DNA of 56,673 bases from contig JAYVRW010000281.1 of assembly GCA_043775925.1 (NCBI GenBank), positions 1 to 56,673 on the forward strand. The letters run 5' to 3'. Origin of the DNA: Blastocatellia bacterium. GTDB lineage: Bacteria; Acidobacteriota; Blastocatellia; RBC074. The position numbers and the translations under genes are program-made. This document shows positions 41,268 to 51,868 of this stretch, piece after piece (the first letter of the stretch is position 1; every line of letters begins with the position of its first letter). The notes under the pieces were generated by a model that did no database searches, was not told where the DNA came from, and saw only the letters and a program-made list of their open reading frames with translations.

Positions 41268-41696
41268 ATGAAAGCTTATCACTCACTTGAAGAAATCACG
41301 CGCCTGATCGAAGGCTTTGAAAATGGCTCCTGGCCTGCCGCCGAATGGACGCATCACGCGCATCTCACGATGGGTTTGTGGTATTTGTCTAAGCACGATT
41401 TACCGGACGCGACAAAGCTGATTCGTGATGGCATCAAAAACTACAACGAAGCGACGGGCGGACAAAATACTGACACCAGCGGTTATCACGAAACGATCAC
41501 GCTGTTTTATATCTGGTACATCAAAAAGTACCTGACGAATATTGATTCTGATCGTTCGCTGATTGAATTGACGAATCACTTTTTAGAACTTCACGGCGAT
41601 AAAAAATTACCTTTTGAGTTTTACAGCAAAGATTTGCTGATGTCGGTAACAGCCCGACGCGATTGGGTTGAACCTGATCTGAAGAGTTTGAATTGA
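41268..41696 (+). CDS. Conserved hypothetical protein (WTHHAHL...YHETIT...PDL type)
   Basis: Well-formed ORF on the operon strand; start set at ATG 41268; function unknown. Confidence 0.75.
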   Translation: MKAYHSLEEITRLIEGFENGSWPAAEWTHHAHLTMGLWYLSKHDLPDATKLIRDGIKNYNEATGGQNTDTSGYHETITLFYIWYIKKYLTNIDSDRSLIELTNHFLELHGDKKLPFEFYSKDLLMSVTARRDWVEPDLKSLN

Positions 41697-41786
41697 GGCA
41701 ACACACGGTTGCAATTTTTACCAAAGTTATTTGCTAATTGAAGACGTAGCCCCGCAGGTTGCGCAACATTTTTAGGAGCTTTCCAC

Positions 41787-42803
41787 ATGAAAATTTATTA
41801 TGACCAAGATGCAGACCCCACTTTTTTGCAGGATAAAACCATCGCCATTATCGGCTATGGTTCGCAGGGTTTCGGGCATTCCAATAACCTCAAAGACAGC
41901 GGCGCAAATGTGATCGTTGGGCTTCGTTCTGATAGTCCCAGCGTGGCCAAAGCGCAGGCTGCCGGACTTGAAGTATTACCTGTCGCCGATGCCGCAGAAC
42001 GTGCCGACATCGTGATGCTGCTCACGCCGGATGAATTGACGCCGGGGATTTATGCCCGCGAAATCGCGCCGCACTTGAAGGCTGGAAAATATTTAGCAGT
42101 CGCGCACGGCTTTTCTATCCACTTCAAAAAAATCGTTCCACCTGCTGAGGTAAATGTCTTTATGGTTGCGCCAAAAGGCCCCGGACATTTGGTGCGTCGT
42201 GAATACGAACGCGGCGCAGGCGTGCCGTGTTTAGTCGCAGTTGCGCAAGACCCGGCTGGCGATGCAAAACAAGTCGCACTCGCTTACGCTTCAGCCATTG
42301 GTGGCGGACGCGCTGGCATTATTGAAACGACCTTCAAAGAAGAAACCGAAACCGATTTATTCGGCGAACAGGCAGTGCTTTGCGGCGGTCTGACGGCATT
42401 AATTCAAGCTGGATTTGAAACATTGACCGAAGCGGGCTACGCACCGGAAATGGCGTATTTCGAGTGCCTGCACGAAATGAAGTTGATCGTAGATTTGTTG
42501 TATGAAGGCGGCGTAGCGAATATGCGCTACTCGATTTCCAACACCGCAGAATACGGCGATGTGACGCGTGGCCCGCGCATCATTGATGCTTCCGTGAAAA
42601 CGCGCATGAAAGAAATTCTCGCTGAAATTCAATCCGGTCAATTCGCCGATGAATGGTTAGCCGAAGCCGAATCCGGCAAAATAAATTTCAATAAAATGAT
42701 CGCCGACGGCAAGAAACATCAGATCGAAGAAGTTGGTGAACAACTGCGCGGACTGATGCCGTGGCTCTCGTCCAACAAGATCGTTGATAAAGCGAAGAAT
42801 TAG
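41787..42803 (+). CDS. ilvC: Ketol-acid reductoisomerase
   Basis: [52 protein letters not shown]. Confidence 0.98.
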   Translation: MKIYYDQDADPTFLQDKTIAIIGYGSQGFGHSNNLKDSGANVIVGLRSDSPSVAKAQAAGLEVLPVADAAERADIVMLLTPDELTPGIYAREIAPHLKAGKYLAVAHGFSIHFKKIVPPAEVNVFMVAPKGPGHLVRREYERGAGVPCLVAVAQDPAGDAKQVALAYASAIGGGRAGIIETTFKEETETDLFGEQAVLCGGLTALIQAGFETLTEAGYAPEMAYFECLHEMKLIVDLLYEGGVANMRYSISNTAEYGDVTRGPRIIDASVKTRMKEILAEIQSGQFADEWLAEAESGKINFNKMIADGKKHQIEEVGEQLRGLMPWLSSNKIVDKAKN

Positions 42804-42807
42804 GGAG

Positions 42808-42865
42808 AGATGCTAGATGTTGAATGCTGGGCAAAGCCTAATCCAGCACCCAACATCTAGCATCT
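42808..42865. repeat. Palindromic element family C, copy 2
   Basis: AGATGCTAGATGTTG / CAACATCTAGCATCT, perfect 15-bp arms, inner TGCTGG/CCAGCA. Confidence 0.85.
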
Positions 42866-42871
42866 ACAGCA

Positions 42872-43636
42872 ATGTCTACACAAGCCGCGCACAATGCAGA
42901 AATTCTGGATCAATTCACGAAGCAGGCAGTGCCATTTTCAAAGCTGGCGACGCAGCACGAAGAGTTGTTGCTTGAATTTTCTGGCGTCACTGCCGATGAC
43001 ACAGTGCTTGATGTAGCGTGTGGCCCCGGCATTGTGGCTTGTGCGTTTGCGACACGAGCGAAACACGTGACAGGAATTGATCTGACTCCGGCGATGTTGG
43101 AGCAGGCGAGGAAGCGTCAGCAAAAATTTCAGCTTGAAAATGTAACGTGGCAGCTTGGTGATGTGCTGCCATTGCCGTATGCGGATGCTTCATTTTCGAT
43201 GGTCATAACGCGGTACACGTTTCATCATTTTCTTGATCCACTGGCAGTGTGCAAAGAGATGTTGCGTGTCTGTAAAACGGACGGAACCGTGATGGTCGTG
43301 GACGGAACTCCGCCACAGGAAAAAGAAGTCGCATACAATTTTGTCGAGAAGTTGAAAGACCCTTCGCACGTGCGGGCAATGCCGGAAGCTGAGTTGTTAG
43401 ATGTAGTAAAAACGGCAGGTTTACAGCAAATCAAAACACAGCGCTATCCGTTTGAAGTTGAGTTTGAAACTTCGATGAAATCATTTTTTCCAAATCCTGG
43501 CGACAGTGAAAAAATCCGCCAACTCTTTCAAGCGGATGTCGGCAAAAATGAATTAGGTTTAGATGTGCATCACAAAGGCGACGCGCTGCACTATGTTTAT
43601 CCGGTCTTGATTATTGTTGGCAAAAAAGCAGTCTGA
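42872..43636 (+). CDS. Class I SAM-dependent methyltransferase
   Basis: VLDVACGPG, GIDLTPAML, GDVLPLPYADASF, FHHF, DPSH. Confidence 0.92.
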   Translation: MSTQAAHNAEILDQFTKQAVPFSKLATQHEELLLEFSGVTADDTVLDVACGPGIVACAFATRAKHVTGIDLTPAMLEQARKRQQKFQLENVTWQLGDVLPLPYADASFSMVITRYTFHHFLDPLAVCKEMLRVCKTDGTVMVVDGTPPQEKEVAYNFVEKLKDPSHVRAMPEAELLDVVKTAGLQQIKTQRYPFEVEFETSMKSFFPNPGDSEKIRQLFQADVGKNELGLDVHHKGDALHYVYPVLIIVGKKAV

Positions 43637-43660
43637 GTTTAGTAATGTTGAGGAGCAGTT

Positions 43661-45232
43661 ATGAGCAGTAATTTGATCGAAATCTTTGATACGACTTTGC
43701 GCGATGGCGGGCAGGGTGAAGGCCTGGCGTATTCGGTCGAAGACAAAATTAAAATTGCATTTGCCCTTGACGAACTCGGCGTTGCTTTCATCGAAGGCGG
43801 TTGGCCAGGCGCGAATCCAAAAGACGTAGAATTTTTCGACCGCGCAAAATCCATCAAGCTCAAAAATGCCTTGTTTGCCGCATTCGGCAGCACACGCCGT
43901 GCGAATGGCATCGCGGCTGATGATGCTGTCGTGCAAGGTTTGCTCGCAGCAGAAACGCCGATTGTTACGATCTTTGGCAAGTCCTGGGATTTTCATGTTG
44001 ATGTCGCGTTAAAGACTACGCTGGAAGAAAATTTGCGGATGATTGCGGATACCGTCTCGCATTTGAAAGCGCAGGGACGCCGCGTATTTTATGATGCTGA
44101 GCATTTTTTTGATGGCTTCAAAGCGAATTCAGAGTACGCGCTCGACACGTTGAATTCTGCGGTCAAAGCTGGCGCCGAAACGATTATTTTGTGCGATACG
44201 AACGGCGGCGGCTTGCCGGAACGCATAGCCGAAACTGTCGAAATTGTGCGCAACAGATTTCCGAATGCGAAGATCGGAATTCACGCGCACAACGACGGCG
44301 AACTTGCTGTAGCGAATTCGCTCGCCGCTGTCGAAGCGGGCGCGACGCATATTCAGGGCGTGATGAACGGCTACGGCGAACGTTGCGGCAACGCGAATTT
44401 ATGTTCGATCATTCCAAATCTGGAATTGAAAATGGATCGTCGTTGTTTGCCCGATGGCAAATTGAAATTACTAACGCACACCAGCCGCTACATTAACGAA
44501 GTGGCGAATTTAGTGCCGAATGATCGCGCCGCGTTCGTGGGCAAAAGCGCGTTCGCACACAAAGGCGGCATTCATGTTTCGGCGGTGATGAAAGCGAAAT
44601 CCACTTACGAGCATATTGATCCTGAACTGGTCGGCAACGAAACGCGGGTACTGGTCAGCGACCAATCCGGCATGAGCAATATCAATTTTGCCGCAAAAGA
44701 TTTTGGCGAAGACTTCATTAAGAACCCCGAAGCCGGACGCCGTTTGCTGAAAGAATTGAAAGAGCTGGAGCATCAGGGCTATTCGTTTGAAGAAGCCGAT
44801 GCCTCGTTTCATTTGCGTGCCCTGTCCGCGCTCGGCAAGCGGAAATATTTCTTTGAGCCACTGGAATATCGCGTCTGGATTGGCTCCGCAGGCGAACCAG
44901 AAGCCGTCGTCCGCGTGAAAATTGGAGACGAAATCATGCACACCGCAAGCTTTGGTGATGGACCTGTGCATGCGTTAGATCAGGCGCTACGAAAATCTTT
45001 GCGCGAACATTTCCCCGCGATTGAAAAATTTCACCTGATTGATTTCAAAGTAAGAATTTTAGACGGCGAACACGCGACAGCCGCGAAAACACGTGTCCAT
45101 ATTGAAACCAGCGACGGCGAACGTTCGTGGAATACCGTCGGTGTAGCCGAAAATATTATCGCCGCTTCGTGGCAGGCAATTCTTGAAAGCATCGAATACG
45201 GCTTGCAGAAAATCATTCAAGAAGAAAAATAA
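43661..45232 (+). CDS. cimA: Citramalate synthase
   Basis: [86 protein letters not shown]. Confidence 0.93.
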   Translation: MSSNLIEIFDTTLRDGGQGEGLAYSVEDKIKIAFALDELGVAFIEGGWPGANPKDVEFFDRAKSIKLKNALFAAFGSTRRANGIAADDAVVQGLLAAETPIVTIFGKSWDFHVDVALKTTLEENLRMIADTVSHLKAQGRRVFYDAEHFFDGFKANSEYALDTLNSAVKAGAETIILCDTNGGGLPERIAETVEIVRNRFPNAKIGIHAHNDGELAVANSLAAVEAGATHIQGVMNGYGERCGNANLCSIIPNLELKMDRRCLPDGKLKLLTHTSRYINEVANLVPNDRAAFVGKSAFAHKGGIHVSAVMKAKSTYEHIDPELVGNETRVLVSDQSGMSNINFAAKDFGEDFIKNPEAGRRLLKELKELEHQGYSFEEADASFHLRALSALGKRKYFFEPLEYRVWIGSAGEPEAVVRVKIGDEIMHTASFGDGPVHALDQALRKSLREHFPAIEKFHLIDFKVRILDGEHATAAKTRVHIETSDGERSWNTVGVAENIIAASWQAILESIEYGLQKIIQEEK

Positions 45233-45627
45233 TGCAGACCAAATCCGTTCATTTAGCTGTGGGCTTTTTTGTCGTTGCAGTATTTTTGCTGACGGGCTAT
45301 CACATGCGCTTTCACATTCATCACTTGATGGAAGCCGATGAGCGTTTGCGATTTTCACTACGCGGAAATCACATTTATATTTTGTTGCTCGCATTGGTAA
45401 ATCTGAGTCTCGGAGCATATCTGAAAGTCAGTCAAATTATCTGGCGAGCTTATTTACAACTGGTTGGATCATTAATGATTCTGAGCGCGACAGGTCTGGT
45501 CATCGTCGCTTTTTTCTTTGAAGATAAATCAAATGTCGAACGTCCATTTACGCTGATAACAATCATTCTGGTATTGATTGGAACTGTACTGCACGTCATA
45601 AGTAACGCGCAGGCAAAAGCAAAATAA
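45232..45627 (+). CDS. Hypothetical 4-TM membrane protein
   Basis: Four hydrophobic segments; TAATG overlap with cimA suggests translational coupling. Confidence 0.8.
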   Translation: MQTKSVHLAVGFFVVAVFLLTGYHMRFHIHHLMEADERLRFSLRGNHIYILLLALVNLSLGAYLKVSQIIWRAYLQLVGSLMILSATGLVIVAFFFEDKSNVERPFTLITIILVLIGTVLHVISNAQAKAK

Positions 45628-45638
45628 CCGAAAAAGTA

Positions 45639-46655
45639 ATGGCAGAAATCGCTAACGCCCACGATAAATCTTTCAAAGAAATCTTCGGACAGCCGGAAAT
45701 CGCCGCCGACTTCATGGTAAATTATTTGCCTGCTCCCGTCGTGGCGGAGTTGGATTTGTCGGCCCCCGAATTAGTGAAGGATTCGTTCGTAGGCGCTAAT
45801 TTGCAGGAACATTTTTCGGACTTACTCTACAAAGTGAAGCTGCGAGGTGCGAACGCAGAGGCGTTTATCTTTTTCCTTTTCGAGCATAAGAGTGTGCCGG
45901 ACGAATGGGTAGCGTTGCAGCTTCTGCGCTATTTGCTGGAAATTTGGGAACAGTGCAAGCGTGAAGGCGCAAAGAAATTGCCGCCAATTTTCCCGATTAT
46001 ATTTTATCACGGCACGAAGAAGTGGAGTTTTCCGGCGAACTTCCATGCGCTGATAAATTTTAGTGGACAGGAGTATTTGCAGCCCTTTGTACCAGAATAC
46101 AAATATTTTCTTTGTGATTTAACCCAAATCGAAGAGCCTGCAATCATTGGTACTGAGTATTTGAGAGCCACGTTGTTGCTGATGAAGAACATTCGTCAGG
46201 CAGATTTGAAGAACCGACTTGATTACATTTGGGGAATGCTCAAAAATGCTTCTCAGGTTAAGATAGCTGATTATATCGTGACTTGTTTTCGATATATTTC
46301 TTCGTCAAATAATTGCCTGACAGCCGATGAGTTGACAGGTGTTATTAGCAGAGATTTTTCCGCCAGTGAAGGAGCAGTTATGGCACAACTAGCAAAAGAT
46401 TGGATTCAGCAAGGACTTGAGCAGGGGCGTAATCTTGGTATTCAAGAAGGACTTCAAGAAGGGCGACGAGAAGAAGCAGGACGGACTGCCCTCAGATTTA
46501 TTGCGCGACGCATAGGAATTATTCCTGCTACGCAGCAGGACTTTATTCGTGATTTGCCGTTGGAGCAATTAGAAACACTTTTAGATGATATTTTAGATTT
46601 CACTTCCGCCTCGGACCTCAACAATTGGTTGGCAATTCACACAACACAAAAATAA
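45639..46655 (+). CDS. Rpn/YhgA-like recombination-promoting nuclease (PD-(D/E)xK) with DUF4351-like C-terminus
   Basis: HDKSFKEIF, SDLLYKV, FLFEHKS, PIIFYHG, GLEQGRNLGIQEGLQEGRREE. Confidence 0.92.
   Translation: MAEIANAHDKSFKEIFGQPEIAADFMVNYLPAPVVAELDLSAPELVKDSFVGANLQEHFSDLLYKVKLRGANAEAFIFFLFEHKSVPDEWVALQLLRYLLEIWEQCKREGAKKLPPIFPIIFYHGTKKWSFPANFHALINFSGQEYLQPFVPEYKYFLCDLTQIEEPAIIGTEYLRATLLLMKNIRQADLKNRLDYIWGMLKNASQVKIADYIVTCFRYISSSNNCLTADELTGVISRDFSASEGAVMAQLAKDWIQQGLEQGRNLGIQEGLQEGRREEAGRTALRFIARRIGIIPATQQDFIRDLPLEQLETLLDDILDFTSASDLNNWLAIHTTQK
46380..46655 (+). CDS. Putative in-frame small C-terminal protein of Rpn (RpnS-like antitoxin, 91 aa)
   Basis: AAGGAG (46369-46374), 5-nt spacer, in-frame ATG 46380 (MAQLAKDWIQQG...). 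Confidence 0.6.
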   Translation: MAQLAKDWIQQGLEQGRNLGIQEGLQEGRREEAGRTALRFIARRIGIIPATQQDFIRDLPLEQLETLLDDILDFTSASDLNNWLAIHTTQK

Positions 46656-46658
46656 ATT

Positions 46659-48335
46659 ATGACCTTCAACCCAAAACATCAAAGTCACATTATCACTGAC
46701 GGACGCGACCGCGCTCCGGCACGTTCCATGCTCAAGGCTATCGGCTTCACTGATGAGGATTTGAAAAAACCGATCATCGGTGTCGCGCACGAATGGATTG
46801 AAACGATGCCGTGCAATTTTAATCACCGCGATCTTGCTGCCGAAGTCAAAAAAGGAATTCGCGCTGCCGGCGCTACGCCGATGGAATTCAATACGATTTC
46901 CATCAGCGACGGCGTGACGATGGGAACCGAAGGCATGAAGGCTTCGCTCGTCAGCCGCGAACTGATTGCTGACTCCATCGAACTCGTCGGACGTGGCTAT
47001 ATGTTCGACGCGATGGTAGTAATTGTCGGCTGCGATAAAACAATTCCTGCCGCAGCGATGGCCTTAATTCGCCTCAATATTCCGAGCTTGATTTTATACA
47101 GCGGCTCCATCGGACACGGTGAACACGGCGGCGCGAAGATGACTTTGCAAAGTGTGTTTGAAGCGGTGGGCGCGAATGCCGCAGGAAAAATTTCCAATCA
47201 GGAATTGCTCGCCATTGAAGATGTCGCGTGTCCCGGCGCAGGCGCTTGTGGTGGTCAGTACACCGCGAACACGATGGCGCAGGTGATGGAATTTATTGGA
47301 TTGTCGGTGATGGGAACTGCCAGCATTGCGGCAGTTGATCCGCGCAAAGATACGATTGCCTTTGAATCCGGCCAGCGCGTAGTCGAACTGCTCAATCAAA
47401 ATATTCGCCCGAAAGATATTTTAACGCGGGAGTCATTTGAAAATGCGATTGCGGGAGTCGCTGCGACAGGTGGGTCAACGAATGCAGTCTTGCATTTGCT
47501 GGCGATGGCGCGTGAGCTTGAGATGCCTTTAAATATTGATGATTTTGATGTCATCAGTTCCCGCACGCCGATGATTACGAACATCATGCCGAGCGGAAAA
47601 TATACGGCAGTCGAACTCAGCGCGGCGGGTGGCACGACCTTGATTGCCAAGCGGATGATGGAAGGCGGCGTGCTCGACGGTTCGCAAAAAACTGTTTCTG
47701 GGCTAACAATTGCGGAAGAAGCCGATCTTGCGGTTGAAACACCGGGGCAGGATGTTGTGTACACGACAGCAAATCCACTCAAGAAAACTGGCGGCTTAGT
47801 CATCCTCAAAGGCAACATCGCGCCAGAAGGTTGTGTGCTTAAACTCTCAGGTTTTGAGCGCCAAAAACACGTCGGAATAGCGCGTGTCTTTGAATGCGAA
47901 GAGGACGCGATGAGCGCCGTTATTAATGGCAAGATCAAAGCCGGCGATGTCGTAGTTATTCGCTACGAAGGGCCTAAAGGCGGCCCCGGCATGCGTGAAA
48001 TGCTCGGCGTTACCGGAGCCATCACCGGAGCCGGACTCGCCGCTGAAGTTGCCTTATTGACCGACGGTCGTTTCAGTGGCGCGACACGCGGATTCTGTGT
48101 CGGACACATCGCGCCGGAAGCCGCTGCTGGCGGGTACATCGCAGCAGTCAGAGACGGCGACATCATCGAAATTGATATTGAAAAACGACTGCTGCAAGTG
48201 GTCTTGAGCAATGCAGAAATTCAAGCGCGCATGGCGGACTGGAAAGCTCCTGAACCACGTTATAAAACCGGAGTCTTTGCCAAATACGCCAAGCTCGTGA
48301 CATCGGCGAGCGAAGGCGCAATTACGAAAGCATAA
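46659..48335 (+). CDS. ilvD: Dihydroxy-acid dehydratase
   Basis: [66 protein letters not shown]. Confidence 0.98.
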   Translation: MTFNPKHQSHIITDGRDRAPARSMLKAIGFTDEDLKKPIIGVAHEWIETMPCNFNHRDLAAEVKKGIRAAGATPMEFNTISISDGVTMGTEGMKASLVSRELIADSIELVGRGYMFDAMVVIVGCDKTIPAAAMALIRLNIPSLILYSGSIGHGEHGGAKMTLQSVFEAVGANAAGKISNQELLAIEDVACPGAGACGGQYTANTMAQVMEFIGLSVMGTASIAAVDPRKDTIAFESGQRVVELLNQNIRPKDILTRESFENAIAGVAATGGSTNAVLHLLAMARELEMPLNIDDFDVISSRTPMITNIMPSGKYTAVELSAAGGTTLIAKRMMEGGVLDGSQKTVSGLTIAEEADLAVETPGQDVVYTTANPLKKTGGLVILKGNIAPEGCVLKLSGFERQKHVGIARVFECEEDAMSAVINGKIKAGDVVVIRYEGPKGGPGMREMLGVTGAITGAGLAAEVALLTDGRFSGATRGFCVGHIAPEAAAGGYIAAVRDGDIIEIDIEKRLLQVVLSNAEIQARMADWKAPEPRYKTGVFAKYAKLVTSASEGAITKA

Positions 48336-48341
48336 TAACTC

Positions 48342-48427
48342 TAACGCAAAGGGACAAAGGGTCAAGGGAACAAAGACTTCATTAACGAACGTTCTTTGTT
48401 CCTTTGACCCTTTGTCTCTTTGCGTTA
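48342..48427. repeat. Palindromic element family B, copy 2
   Basis: TAACGCAAAGGGACAAAGGGTCAAGGGAACAAAG / CTTTGTTCCTTTGACCCTTTGTCTCTTTGCGTTA. Confidence 0.88.
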
Positions 48428-48455
48428 AAAATAATTTCAATTCAAGTACTATTAT

Positions 48456-49397
48456 ATGAAAAAAATTGTCCGTCTCTTTATTTTACTAACGCTGAGTTTC
48501 ATCACGCTTCACGCGCAACCCAAACGTCAAATTGCCATCACCTTCGATGATCTGATTTTCGTGCCTGATAATGATCTTGTTCAGATGAAAGCCCTGACCA
48601 CCAAATTGCTGACGACGCTCAAGAAAAATAAGGTTCCGGCGATTGGCTTTGTCAACGAACGAAAGCTATATAAACCCGGCGAAGAAGCAGCCCGCACCAC
48701 CATTCTGAAAATATGGATTGATGCCGGATTCGAACTCGGTAATCACACGTATTCGCATCTGGACATGTTCAAAGCCTCCTCCGAAGAATTCCAGAAAGAT
48801 TTGCTCGACGGCGAAGTCGTTACCAAAAAATTATTAGCACCCAAACCCGAACGCTACTTTCGTCATCCGTTTCTAAACACCGGAGCGACTCCCGCACACA
48901 AAGCCACCTTCGATAAAATCATCGCGGATCATCACTACACTGTCGCGCCCGTCACCGTAGACAATGGCGATTATATTTTTGCTAGTGTGTATTCCGACGC
49001 ACTGAAAAAGAATGATCGGGCGATGATGAAGCGAATATCGGATGCCTATATTCCTTACATGAATTCCGTGCTGGATTTTTATGAAAAACAATCGAAGACG
49101 CTGCTCGGCTATGAGATGAAGCAAATCCTGCTGGTACACGCGAACACGATCAATGCGATTCATTTTGGCGACATTATCAAAATGATGAAACAGCGCGGAT
49201 ATGAATTTATTTCGCTCGAAGAAGCGTTGAGGGATAAAGCGTACCAGTTGACCGATTCATATACCGGACGCAGTGGAACTTCGTGGATTCAACGCTGGGC
49301 AATGACACAAAAACATCAGCCGACAATCAATCAATTTAAGGAAGAGCCGAACGTGCCTGAGTTCATTCAAAAAGCCTACGACGCCCGCAAGCCATAA
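48456..49397 (+). CDS. Secreted polysaccharide deacetylase (CE4/NodB fold)
   Basis: Signal ending LHAQ; IAITFDD, ELGNHTYSH, YFRHPFL, ILLVHAN. Confidence 0.92.
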   Translation: MKKIVRLFILLTLSFITLHAQPKRQIAITFDDLIFVPDNDLVQMKALTTKLLTTLKKNKVPAIGFVNERKLYKPGEEAARTTILKIWIDAGFELGNHTYSHLDMFKASSEEFQKDLLDGEVVTKKLLAPKPERYFRHPFLNTGATPAHKATFDKIIADHHYTVAPVTVDNGDYIFASVYSDALKKNDRAMMKRISDAYIPYMNSVLDFYEKQSKTLLGYEMKQILLVHANTINAIHFGDIIKMMKQRGYEFISLEEALRDKAYQLTDSYTGRSGTSWIQRWAMTQKHQPTINQFKEEPNVPEFIQKAYDARKP

Positions 49398-49486
49398 GGC
49401 AGAAGCCCGACTGTTAAGGAGGGCAACTGTGCCAGGGAAATAGCTTTCTTAGTACGGTAGCCCTTCTTAACAGTCGGGCTTCTGCC
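49398..49486. repeat. Palindromic element family A, copy 3
   Basis: Left arm identical to copy 1; right arm has 1 mismatch; interior shares AAATAGCTTTC with copy 1. Confidence 0.92.
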
Positions 49487-49519
49487 TTCCCATGTGATAG
49501 TCTTCCCGCAGATACCACG

Positions 49520-50743
49520 ATGAAAAAATCTACCTTTACAAAATGCGCTTTTATTGTTTTTGCGCTGAGCCTCGGTTTTATTATCAGCTTCAAAACTAAA
49601 GCGCAGGAAAAATCGCAGGAATTGCCGCGCATAGATCAATCGCAATATCTTGGCTCTGACAAATGCGCTGCGTGTCATAAAAGTCATTCGGAAAGCTGGC
49701 AGAATTCAGGACACAACAAAATGATTCGCGCCGTCATTGCGGATGGCCCGAACAAAAATATTCAGGCGGATTTCAGCAAGCCGGATACGAATCGTCCGTT
49801 TGAACTCAAGGATGTCAAATGGGTTATCGGTCATCGCTGGAAACAACGCTTCATCGGAGTCGTCAACGGTGAAGAGGTAGTTTTCCCCGCGCAATGGAGT
49901 ATCAAAGATAAGAAGTGGCAAGCCTACACCGCGAAAAGTGATTGGTGGTATCCGCAACATCCCGATTGGAAAACGCGCTCAAATTTTCAACTCTGCGCAG
50001 GTTGTCACAGCACTGGCTCTGACCATTATTCTCAGAGCTGGACGGAACTCAACATCACCTGCGAAAGCTGTCACGGCCCCGGCAAAAAACACGCCGAGAG
50101 CCTTTTGAAATCCGATATTGTGAATCCCGCTCGCCTCAGCGTAGAGCGTTCCACTGACATCTGCCTCGCCTGTCATCAAGCGGGTAAGCCTGATGCAAAA
50201 GACTATGCGTGGCCGGTCGGTTATCAACCTGGCAAAAAATTATCTGATTACTGGCACGGCTTTGAGCCGGAAGCAGGGAAGCAAACGCCTGAATTCTGGA
50301 GCAATGGAACCGCGCACAAAAATCGTGTGCAGGGCAACACCTTTACGCATAGCGTCATGCATGCGGAGGGGCTGCAATGTTCCAATTGCCACGATCCGCA
50401 CGGTTCGCGCTATCGTTCGATGACGATCAAATCGGCGGAGACGAATGCGCTCTGCCTCACCTGTCACGGCCCCGGAAAGTTCGTCGGGCCAAAAGTGCAA
50501 GCCATCACCGACCATACGCACCACACCGCTACGAGCACCGGCAGCCAATGCATCAACTGCCACATGCCCAAAACCGGAGAAAATTCTGTCGGCGCCGAAT
50601 CCCGCGACCACACCTTTAATTTCGTCTCGCCAACTGTTTCGATTGACCAGCCAAATCCAAATAGTTGTAATTTATGTCATACGGATAAGACGCCGCAATG
50701 GGCTTTGGAAGCAGTGCGGAAATGGTATCCGAAGTTAAAATGA
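49520..50743 (+). CDS. Periplasmic octaheme c-type cytochrome
   Basis: Signal peptide; eight CxxCH: CAACH, CAGCH, CESCH, CLACH, CSNCH, CLTCH, CINCH, CNLCH. Confidence 0.93.
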   Translation: MKKSTFTKCAFIVFALSLGFIISFKTKAQEKSQELPRIDQSQYLGSDKCAACHKSHSESWQNSGHNKMIRAVIADGPNKNIQADFSKPDTNRPFELKDVKWVIGHRWKQRFIGVVNGEEVVFPAQWSIKDKKWQAYTAKSDWWYPQHPDWKTRSNFQLCAGCHSTGSDHYSQSWTELNITCESCHGPGKKHAESLLKSDIVNPARLSVERSTDICLACHQAGKPDAKDYAWPVGYQPGKKLSDYWHGFEPEAGKQTPEFWSNGTAHKNRVQGNTFTHSVMHAEGLQCSNCHDPHGSRYRSMTIKSAETNALCLTCHGPGKFVGPKVQAITDHTHHTATSTGSQCINCHMPKTGENSVGAESRDHTFNFVSPTVSIDQPNPNSCNLCHTDKTPQWALEAVRKWYPKLK

Positions 50744-50777
50744 ATTTTGCAGAGATCGCGGAGAATCTATGGATGGA

Positions 50778-50900
50778 GTAGGGGCGGCGGCTTGTCCCCG
50801 CCCGCATCGCGCATGGCGCGATAAACAGTTGCGAAGATGACGCCTCACAATAAAATAAATCTGTACCGAAATATGGGCAACCACAAGGGATCGCCCGTAC
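50778..50900. repeat. Inverted pair of GTAG-type REP sequences
   Basis: GTAGGGGCGGCGGCTTGTCCCCGCCC (50778-50803) and GGGCAACCACAAGGGATCGCCCGTAC (50875-50900). Confidence 0.75.
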
Positions 50901-51076
50901 AAAACATGTCATCTTCTTTTTTCAAAGCGAAAGGCAATTATACTTTACAGTGAAATAACAAAATTTCTTGATAGACATGCGCCCGCGAAAGTGCAGGCTA
51001 AAAGCCTGATAAAATTGGGAGCGTACTAAAAAATAGTCATACTGCGGGGTTTCTATACAGCCCTCAGTATTTATTG

Positions 51077-51106
51077 AACCATACAAAATGGTTATTTTGT
51101 ATGGTT
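51077..51106. other. Perfect dyad site, 12-6-12 geometry
   Basis: AACCATACAAAA-TGGTTA-TTTTGTATGGTT; related site at 54385-54414. Confidence 0.7.
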
Positions 51107-51165
51107 GGAGTTAAAAAGGGGATATAGGGGTAAACCCAACAAGGATACTGCTGGCGAACCCTTTG

Positions 51166-51441
51166 TTATTCGATAATTATTTCAATAGTCGAATTTAAGG
51201 TCACGGATTTTTCTTCATTAATTAATTTCGAAATAAGCGTCCTTACTTTATTTCGAGATTCCGTTAGATATTTCAGTTTTTGCTCGGAAACGGCATCCGG
51301 CTTGCCGAATCTTTCGCGGGAAGTAAAATCTTTCTTGCTATGGAAATTTATTTTACTATTCAGTAAATCTAAAAGAAGCTCCTGCGCCTCACTCGGCGTA
51401 AAAGTTCCTTTGATCAAATCTATCGTTTCCGTTTTTTTCAT
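51166..51441 (-). CDS. Hypothetical protein, AT-rich, probably horizontally acquired
   Basis: 91-aa ORF IDLIKGTFTPSEAQELL...SKINFH...ERFG; A/T-rich codons unlike flanking icd; Bacteroidota resemblance is from memory, unverified. Confidence 0.72.
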   Translation of the reverse strand: MKKTETIDLIKGTFTPSEAQELLLDLLNSKINFHSKKDFTSRERFGKPDAVSEQKLKYLTESRNKVRTLISKLINEEKSVTLNSTIEIIIE

Positions 51442-51466
51442 AGCGATATGTCAGCAAGAGTTGTAA

Positions 51467-51859
51467 CTAGTTCAAAAATAGTGGCTCAAAAGTTTTCTCG
51501 CCGCCCGCTTGTCGGGCGAGATTGATTAATCGGCGCTGCGTTTCGTCAATTTCCGGCGGCAGTTTCTCAGGCTCGAACCACCGGGCTTCGATAATCTCGC
51601 GGCTGTTGGCTCTCGGTTCGCCCGACTCGATTTCGCAGCGGTCAATGATCTCCCAATGCCGCCCGTCCGTATAGAAAAATTGGCATTTAAGTAACCGCCG
51701 ACCCGCATCGTCGCGTAAAACGTGGTCGACAGCAAAACGCGCGCCATCAAAAACGACTGCGACAGCCAAAACCGTGAAATTTGTTTGCGTCGCCCGTATA
51801 ACAGTGCGCCGCAGAGAGAGCGGCATCGCCCGCCAAACTTTGTCGACGAATCTTTTCAC
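51467..51859 (-). pseudogene. Degenerate Nudix hydrolase lacking the Nudix box
   Basis: N-terminal FTV.AVAVVF..DHVLR and C-terminal SREIIEARWF..LP retained; GGYLNA appears in another frame; no GX5EX7REUXEEXGU. Confidence 0.62.
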
Positions 51860-51868
51860 CCGTTTGTT

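Noticed and set aside
24762-41696. Upstream start codons given by the track (28295, 34533, 34764, 38852, 41241; also 17785)
   Set aside because: Downstream ATGs have better SD context or match family N-termini; extensions run into repeats or non-coding DNA
45639-46655. Rpn gene as an IS transposase
   Set aside because: No terminal inverted repeats or target duplication; abuts neighbours within 3-11 nt; the family behaves as nuclease/defence proteins
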